From contig CAJBEZ010000064.1 of NCBI GenBank assembly GCA_903952205.1, positions 1 to 32,000 on the forward strand: a stretch of 32,000 nt of DNA. The letters run 5' to 3'. Origin of the DNA: an uncultured Desulfomonile sp. (lineage in GTDB: Bacteria; Desulfobacterota; Desulfomonilia; Desulfomonilales; Desulfomonilaceae). The position numbers were made by a program, and so were the translations under genes. Within the stretch, counting starts at the first letter, position 1; each line of letters opens with the position of its first letter. The notes under the pieces were generated by a model, which was given only the letters and a program-made list of their open reading frames with translations, ran no database searches and was not told the origin of the DNA. Below, one piece after another: positions 26,903 through 32,000 of the stretch.

Positions 26903-29900
26903 ATGAAACTCAAGCGAATCGACATACAGGGATTCAAGAGCTTTCCCGGCAAAACGACCATAGAATTCTGCGATGGCATAACTTCCGTTGTAGGGCCCAA
27001 TGGATCAGGAAAAAGTAATATACTCGAGGCCATTCGTTGGGTCATGGGGGAACAAAGAACCAAGATTCTTCGTTGCAAAAAAATGGAAGACGTTATTTTT
27101 AACGGTTCCGACTCTCTGAAGCCGGTAGGCATGGCGGAAGTCAGGCTGACGCTCAAGAATGACGGAAAATCATTCCCTCCACCTTTGTCTGATTATAACG
27201 AAATCATGGTCACCAGGAGACTGTTCCGCGATGGTGATTCTCAATACGAACTCAATGGAATTCAGTGTCGATTGACCGATATCATGGAATTTTTTCTGGA
27301 TACCGGGGTAGGCAAGAATTCTTACGCAATAATACAACAAGGCAGAGTAGAGCTGATCATAGGCGCCAAACCGGAGGAAAGAAGGGTCTTTCTCGAGGAA
27401 GCCGCTGGCGTAAACAAGTACAAGGCGCGACGCGAATCAACGATAAAAAAACTGGATCAAACCAATCAGAACCTCCAAAGAATCAAGGATGTCATAGCGG
27501 AAGTCTCAAAACAGAACCAATCACTCAAGAGACAGGCCTCGAAAGCCGTACGCTACAGGGATCTCAAGAACAGGCTCAAGTCCCTGGAGATTGCTCATGA
27601 AGCTTTCAAGGTCAGGAATTTAATGTTGGGGTCGAAAGAAACCCAGTACACCGAGAAGGAACTGAAAAAAGATTTGATCGAGAAAGAATCGAGACTTGCC
27701 ACCTTGTCTGCAAAGGCTGAATCGGTACGTCTAGAAATAGCCGAAACGCAGACGGCCTTTAATGTATCCATGCAAAATTTGCGTTCAGCGGAAACAGAAC
27801 TCAGCGTGGCAAAATCCAGAATTGAGATTTGCAGCGCCCAGGAAAAACAGTTGGCCGAAAGGAACGTCAAGATCTCCGAAGAGCTTGACGCTGTTTTGAT
27901 AAAGAAAGCCGATGCGGAAGAAAAAACTAGAGATATGCTCGCGAAATTGGCCGAATTTGATTCCGTTGAATCGAGTTCAGCTCAGAAAATAGGTATTTCT
28001 GAGGTATTAATATCTCGTCTGGAAAAACAGTCCAAAGAACAGGCCGTAGCGCTGGAACAGCACAAAGAGGCTATTTTCGGAATATTACAGGACCTTGCTC
28101 AACAAAAGAACCTTGTCGATCAAAACCTCAAACGCAAGACTGAACTTCAAACTCGTTTGAACAAAGACCAGGAGGGCCGGCGCCTTCAGACAAGTTTACT
28201 GGAAGAGCTTTCGAAACAGATGGAATCGGCGCAAGGAAGGAACATTGAACTCCAGAAATCGCTTGACAGTTTTGAATCCGAATCTATTACCGACAATGAA
28301 AAACGATCAGGACTCTTGGCCAGAATCGGAATATTAAGGGACAACTCCAGAAAAATCGAAAAAGACCTTCTTTCAGTCAGGGCAAAAACAGATTCTATGT
28401 CTGAACAGAGCCTAAATTACGAGTCTTATGGCGCGGGCGCACAATATCTCATGAAGGCCTTGTCCCTCGATCATTATGAAAAACTTCCCAAGCCTTTGGC
28501 TGAAATCATCGATTGCTCTCCGGAATATCTGCAGGCTGTAACGTCAGCGCTTCAAAATCAGCTAGGTTCCATTATCGTCGAGGATTTTACAACGGCTTTC
28601 AATATTGCCGAGAGAATGAAGAAACTACAAACAGGCAGAGTTACCCTACTCTCACTGGAATCGTTTTCGGCTAACGGCAGTACCGAAATTCCTGAAAATG
28701 ACGGCGGGCCGCTTAGGCTGTCTGATTGCGTCACGGGCCACGAAGGTTTTGGCGGGTTAATTCGTGAACTGACGCACGACTTCCTCGTTGTTCAGGACCT
28801 GAACCAAGCCCGGGAACTGGCGCTCAACGCAGAAGTTCCAACCGCCCTGGTAACTCTGAGTGGTGAGGTTATCTCGAACCGGCGGTCCGTATCTGTAGGT
28901 ATCCCTGAAACGCCGGAGAAAGATGTTCTCTTCAGGAAATCTGAACTTGAGGCGCTTGTAATTCGTTCTTCAAGCCTGGAGAAAGAATTGATGGAGTCCA
29001 CTGCGGAACTACGGGAAGTGGAGGACGAGATCAAGAATTTATCGACAACCATCGAAGATAGGAAACATCTGGAAGCGGAACTAAAAATCGAACAAGCTCG
29101 ACTTTTGAAAGACATTGAAAGGCTTAATTCGGACACTATCAGAGGACACAGCCGCGTTCGTGAAATCGAATTGAACCGCAATACAATGCTAGAGGAAATT
29201 AACAATCTTGCAAAAGAAGAAATCATGCTTCAGGAGAGAATTAAGGTCCTGGACGAGAAAAGGATTTTGCAGGACAAGCATAAGACCTCATTTAAGGATG
29301 ACATTGAGAAAACCCTATCGCTACTGAGCAATGAAGCCAGGAGGCTCAACGATTCCAGAATCAAGCTAGCGCAAATGGAAGAAAGGAAGAAGTCACACGA
29401 AAGAGACCTGAACAGAACAAGAGGTTTTGTTCGAAACTGCGAGCACGAAATTTTAGGCCTCAACCAGGAAGCTGAATCATTGGCAAAGAAACTCCATACA
29501 ATTTCAGAAGAAAAAAACGAGCTACTGGATCGGGAAAAGACTTTGAGCGATCATTCGTGCCATTTGCAGGCAGCGCAGGGGGCATTGCAAACATCATTCA
29601 ATACGCTCAAGCCGTTGGTCGAAAATATGTCTGAAGAGGAATTATCGCTTAGCAAGGCGATTGAACAACTTCGAGACGCAGTCCATCGCAACCAGGTTGA
29701 ACTGGTCCGAATTGAAGAAAATCTTAGAAATTCCGTGGAAAAAATACAGGAGAAATATGGTGTCAATATACGTTTGGCAAAATGTCCCAGTGTTCAACCG
29801 GAAGAAGATGAAATTGAAGCGACAAAGTCAAAGATCCTGTCCGTAGGTGAAGTTAACCTTGCGGCCATAACAGAAAGCCAACAGGTTGAGGAAAGACTCA

Positions 29901-30442
29901 ACTTTCTAGTCACGCAGGAAAAAGACTTAAAAGGAGCTGTAAAGTCACTGTTTTCAACTATAGAAAAGATCGACACAACCACCAAACTGCGATTCCAAAC
30001 GACATTTCAGGAAGTTGACGCCAGATTCCGGGAAATATTCGCGTCTCTCTTTAACGGGGGGGAAGCCTGGCTCGAGCTTACGGGGTCGGAAGATTCCTTA
30101 GATCAGGGCGTGAACGTCCTGGTAAAACCGCCCGGTAAGAGATTACAGCACGTTGAGTTACTTTCCGGAGGGGAGAAGGCCCTTACTGCTATAGCTTTTA
30201 TTTTTGCAATATTTTTGTATAAACCATCCTCTTTTTGTCTTCTGGACGAAGTGGACGCTCCTCTGGATGATTCCAACGTCGAGCGTTTCAACCAGATGCT
30301 TCGGGATCTTTCCAGAAACACACAGTTCCTTGTAATAACTCACAACAAGAAGAGTATGGAAGGAGCTGACTGCCTGTTTGGCGTTACATCGGAAGAAACT
30401 GGAGCGTCAACACTTGTTTCAGTAAGGCTTGACAAATTATAA
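26903..30442 (+). CDS. smc: Chromosome partition protein Smc
   Basis: The 1179-aa ORF has Walker A GPNGSGKSN and long coiled-coil arms. A central hinge region is present. The C terminus carries the LSGGEKALTA signature and Walker B CLLDEVDAPLD. Confidence 0.96.
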   Translation: MKLKRIDIQGFKSFPGKTTIEFCDGITSVVGPNGSGKSNILEAIRWVMGEQRTKILRCKKMEDVIFNGSDSLKPVGMAEVRLTLKNDGKSFPPPLSDYNEIMVTRRLFRDGDSQYELNGIQCRLTDIMEFFLDTGVGKNSYAIIQQGRVELIIGAKPEERRVFLEEAAGVNKYKARRESTIKKLDQTNQNLQRIKDVIAEVSKQNQSLKRQASKAVRYRDLKNRLKSLEIAHEAFKVRNLMLGSKETQYTEKELKKDLIEKESRLATLSAKAESVRLEIAETQTAFNVSMQNLRSAETELSVAKSRIEICSAQEKQLAERNVKISEELDAVLIKKADAEEKTRDMLAKLAEFDSVESSSAQKIGISEVLISRLEKQSKEQAVALEQHKEAIFGILQDLAQQKNLVDQNLKRKTELQTRLNKDQEGRRLQTSLLEELSKQMESAQGRNIELQKSLDSFESESITDNEKRSGLLARIGILRDNSRKIEKDLLSVRAKTDSMSEQSLNYESYGAGAQYLMKALSLDHYEKLPKPLAEIIDCSPEYLQAVTSALQNQLGSIIVEDFTTAFNIAERMKKLQTGRVTLLSLESFSANGSTEIPENDGGPLRLSDCVTGHEGFGGLIRELTHDFLVVQDLNQARELALNAEVPTALVTLSGEVISNRRSVSVGIPETPEKDVLFRKSELEALVIRSSSLEKELMESTAELREVEDEIKNLSTTIEDRKHLEAELKIEQARLLKDIERLNSDTIRGHSRVREIELNRNTMLEEINNLAKEEIMLQERIKVLDEKRILQDKHKTSFKDDIEKTLSLLSNEARRLNDSRIKLAQMEERKKSHERDLNRTRGFVRNCEHEILGLNQEAESLAKKLHTISEEKNELLDREKTLSDHSCHLQAAQGALQTSFNTLKPLVENMSEEELSLSKAIEQLRDAVHRNQVELVRIEENLRNSVEKIQEKYGVNIRLAKCPSVQPEEDEIEATKSKILSVGEVNLAAITESQQVEERLNFLVTQEKDLKGAVKSLFSTIEKIDTTTKLRFQTTFQEVDARFREIFASLFNGGEAWLELTGSEDSLDQGVNVLVKPPGKRLQHVELLSGGEKALTAIAFIFAIFLYKPSSFCLLDEVDAPLDDSNVERFNQMLRDLSRNTQFLVITHNKKSMEGADCLFGVTSEETGASTLVSVRLDKL

Positions 30443-30513
30443 ATAAAATTATATAGCTTATCTCAAATATCTCATGTTGTTTATAATGTTATTGACGCTA
30501 CAGGCTGTAACAC

Positions 30514-31263
30514 ATGAAGAAGATCATCTTAACGATAAGCGTATTCATTCTCTCGGCTCTAATAATTGAAACCGGTTACGCATGGGAAGTGCCCAATTGC
30601 ATTAGAGCAAACGCCGGCGTTCGGATGTGGTTTTCCAATATTGAAGGGGATTTGATCCAATTAGACAGGACTAAAATCGGGTTAGGCGAGAACATGGGGC
30701 TCACCAAGGAAAAATTGGTCTGGGAATATTTTGCTTCCATGAGATTTGACACGGTCCACGTCTTTCGATTGAGAGCCGAGCCTTCAACCGTTTATGGCCA
30801 GTCTTCAACTGATTCATATCTGCAGATAAAGGATTGGAGATTGGGGTACGATCTTGATTTCTATATGACACCCCAGATCCTTTTTGGCGCAAATATCAAC
30901 CTGGTTCTCGCGGGGTACGACACAAAAGTGAACCAGGTAGTGGTCGGAGCGACCACTTACAATTATAGGTCAGAGGCGAACAAGGTTTTCCCCACATTAG
31001 GGGTCCATGGGACCTTTTATCCAATTGTTGAGGGCATAGCCCTGAGACCTAACCTTTCCGGCAGAGTAAACTGGTGGAATCACAGTGATTTTGAAACATG
31101 GGAATGGGAAGCTCTCACCGGAGTAGACATACCCATTAACATTTACTGGACTTGGAATGTCAGCGGTGGTTATCGGTATGACCACATAAAATTCAAGCGA
31201 GAAATTGACACGGTTGACACAAACCGAAGCGGCTTTTTTATTGAAACCTCACTCCTGTTTTAA
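30514..31263 (+). CDS. Putative outer-membrane beta-barrel protein
   Basis: The 249-aa ORF has a signal peptide (MKKIILTISVFILSALIIETGYA). Alternating hydrophobic/aromatic beta-strand patterns follow. The terminal residue is Phe (...ETSLLF), as in many OMPs. Confidence 0.6.
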   Translation: MKKIILTISVFILSALIIETGYAWEVPNCIRANAGVRMWFSNIEGDLIQLDRTKIGLGENMGLTKEKLVWEYFASMRFDTVHVFRLRAEPSTVYGQSSTDSYLQIKDWRLGYDLDFYMTPQILFGANINLVLAGYDTKVNQVVVGATTYNYRSEANKVFPTLGVHGTFYPIVEGIALRPNLSGRVNWWNHSDFETWEWEALTGVDIPINIYWTWNVSGGYRYDHIKFKREIDTVDTNRSGFFIETSLLF

Positions 31264-31332
31264 ATCGGCTTCGTGAAACACCCCGCAAACGTGAGCGACT
31301 GCATGGAAGCTCTTTATAACTAAACTTATAAC

Positions 31333-32000
31333 CTACCTGCCAAGATGATTTTGAAAAAAAAGGGCTAGCTCCTGAAAAACCTCCCGTGACTCGGGCGAAG
31401 TAAACACAATGATATACTGAGCGTGAGACATGCCCTCGAATACCTGTAAATAGGCTTCGACTCCGGCTTGGCGGAGCTTGCGGTGTACTCGAACTGTGTC
31501 GCTCAAAAGCATGTCACGTGTGCCGGTAGTGAGAATTGTGGGAGGGAATCCTTTGGTAAAGTCACCATAAACCGGAGAGATCAACGGATCTTTCATGTCA
31601 CTCGAACCAGTGTAAAGCTTGGCGCAGGCCTCCAATAGCCCATCGTAGGTCACGAGAACATCGTCAATTTCTTCGTTAGTGTATAGTGTGTCACCGGTTC
31701 TTGTGAGGTCCGCCCATGGGGTACCCAGCCCAACGGCTCCAGGAAGCGGGACATTCATGTCACGAAGCTTCAAAACTGTAGCGATTGTCAGACCTCCGCC
31801 GGCTGATGTGCCGAATATGCCGATATTTCGTGGTTGGTAGGTTTTTAGAACTTCCTCGTAAACGGCGACAGAGTCCTCAAGAGCCGCCGGAAAAGGGAAA
31901 TCCGGAGCCATCCGGTAGTCCACAGAAATCACTTTAATCCTACCGTAGTATGCCATGAGAACCGCTTCACCCATGCCGGATTCCCCAGCGTTGAAAACAT
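31333..32000 (-). CDS. Alpha/beta hydrolase, hormone-sensitive-lipase-like esterase (5' end beyond window)
   Basis: VDYRMAPDFPFPAALED and the nucleophile elbow GTSAGG are present, along with downstream Asp (GTRDML) and His (GMSHAQ) candidates. The reading frame stays open upstream of the listed Met (...VFNAGESGMGEAV) to the window edge. Confidence 0.8.
   Translation of the reverse strand, partial: VFNAGESGMGEAVLMAYYGRIKVISVDYRMAPDFPFPAALEDSVAVYEEVLKTYQPRNIGIFGTSAGGGLTIATVLKLRDMNVPLPGAVGLGTPWADLTRTGDTLYTNEEIDDVLVTYDGLLEACAKLYTGSSDMKDPLISPVYGDFTKGFPPTILTTGTRDMLLSDTVRVHRKLRQAGVEAYLQVFEGMSHAQYIIVFTSPESREVFQELALFFQNHLGR

Noticed and set aside
27265-30343. Numerous ORFs inside smc on both strands (for example 28792-29226 and 29230-29463 minus)
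   Set aside because: The minus-strand ORFs give Ser/Leu/Phe-rich translations of the kind expected from antisense Glu/Lys/Leu coiled-coil codons. The plus-strand ones (27265-27600, 29661-29846) are off-frame overlaps of smc. None has independent support.

Overview
The window looks like a core-chromosome segment of a Gram-negative bacterium. The gene content suggests a Desulfobacterota/Deltaproteobacteria-like organism, but this taxonomic call is low confidence. Coding density is high.

Housekeeping genes I can call with confidence:
- tuf, preceded by a tRNA Thr(UGU)-Tyr(GUA)-Gly(UCC)-Thr(GGU) array.
- glgA, a stand-alone leuD-type small subunit, mutS, and smc.
- rpsO-pnp followed by an M16 peptidase.
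- A large FAD/Fe-S/CCG oxidoreductase.

I found no CRISPR array, transposase, integrase, phage gene or recognisable defence gene.

The most unusual part is a co-directional minus-strand cluster at 1839-8034. It encodes a TolC-like outer-membrane factor, an HlyD-like adaptor, a polytopic GT2/GT21-like glycosyltransferase, a MobA/MocA-like nucleotidyltransferase, and a complete IspH fused in frame to a 9-TM UbiA-superfamily-like domain. No inner-membrane pump gene is present in the cluster. I read it as a candidate isoprenoid-linked glycoconjugate synthesis and export module; that function is inferred.

Other points of interest:
- An isolated GC-rich gene (9235-9723) for a secreted, almost uncharged Pro/Ala/Gly/Cys-rich repeat protein, with an SD site, a candidate promoter and a strong downstream terminator.
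- An orphan MacB/FtsX-type permease with no adjacent ATPase.
- A sulfotransferase next to mutS.
- A TPR-retropepsin-like protein that follows two uncharacterised small proteins.

Many long ORFs in the track are antisense shadows and were rejected.
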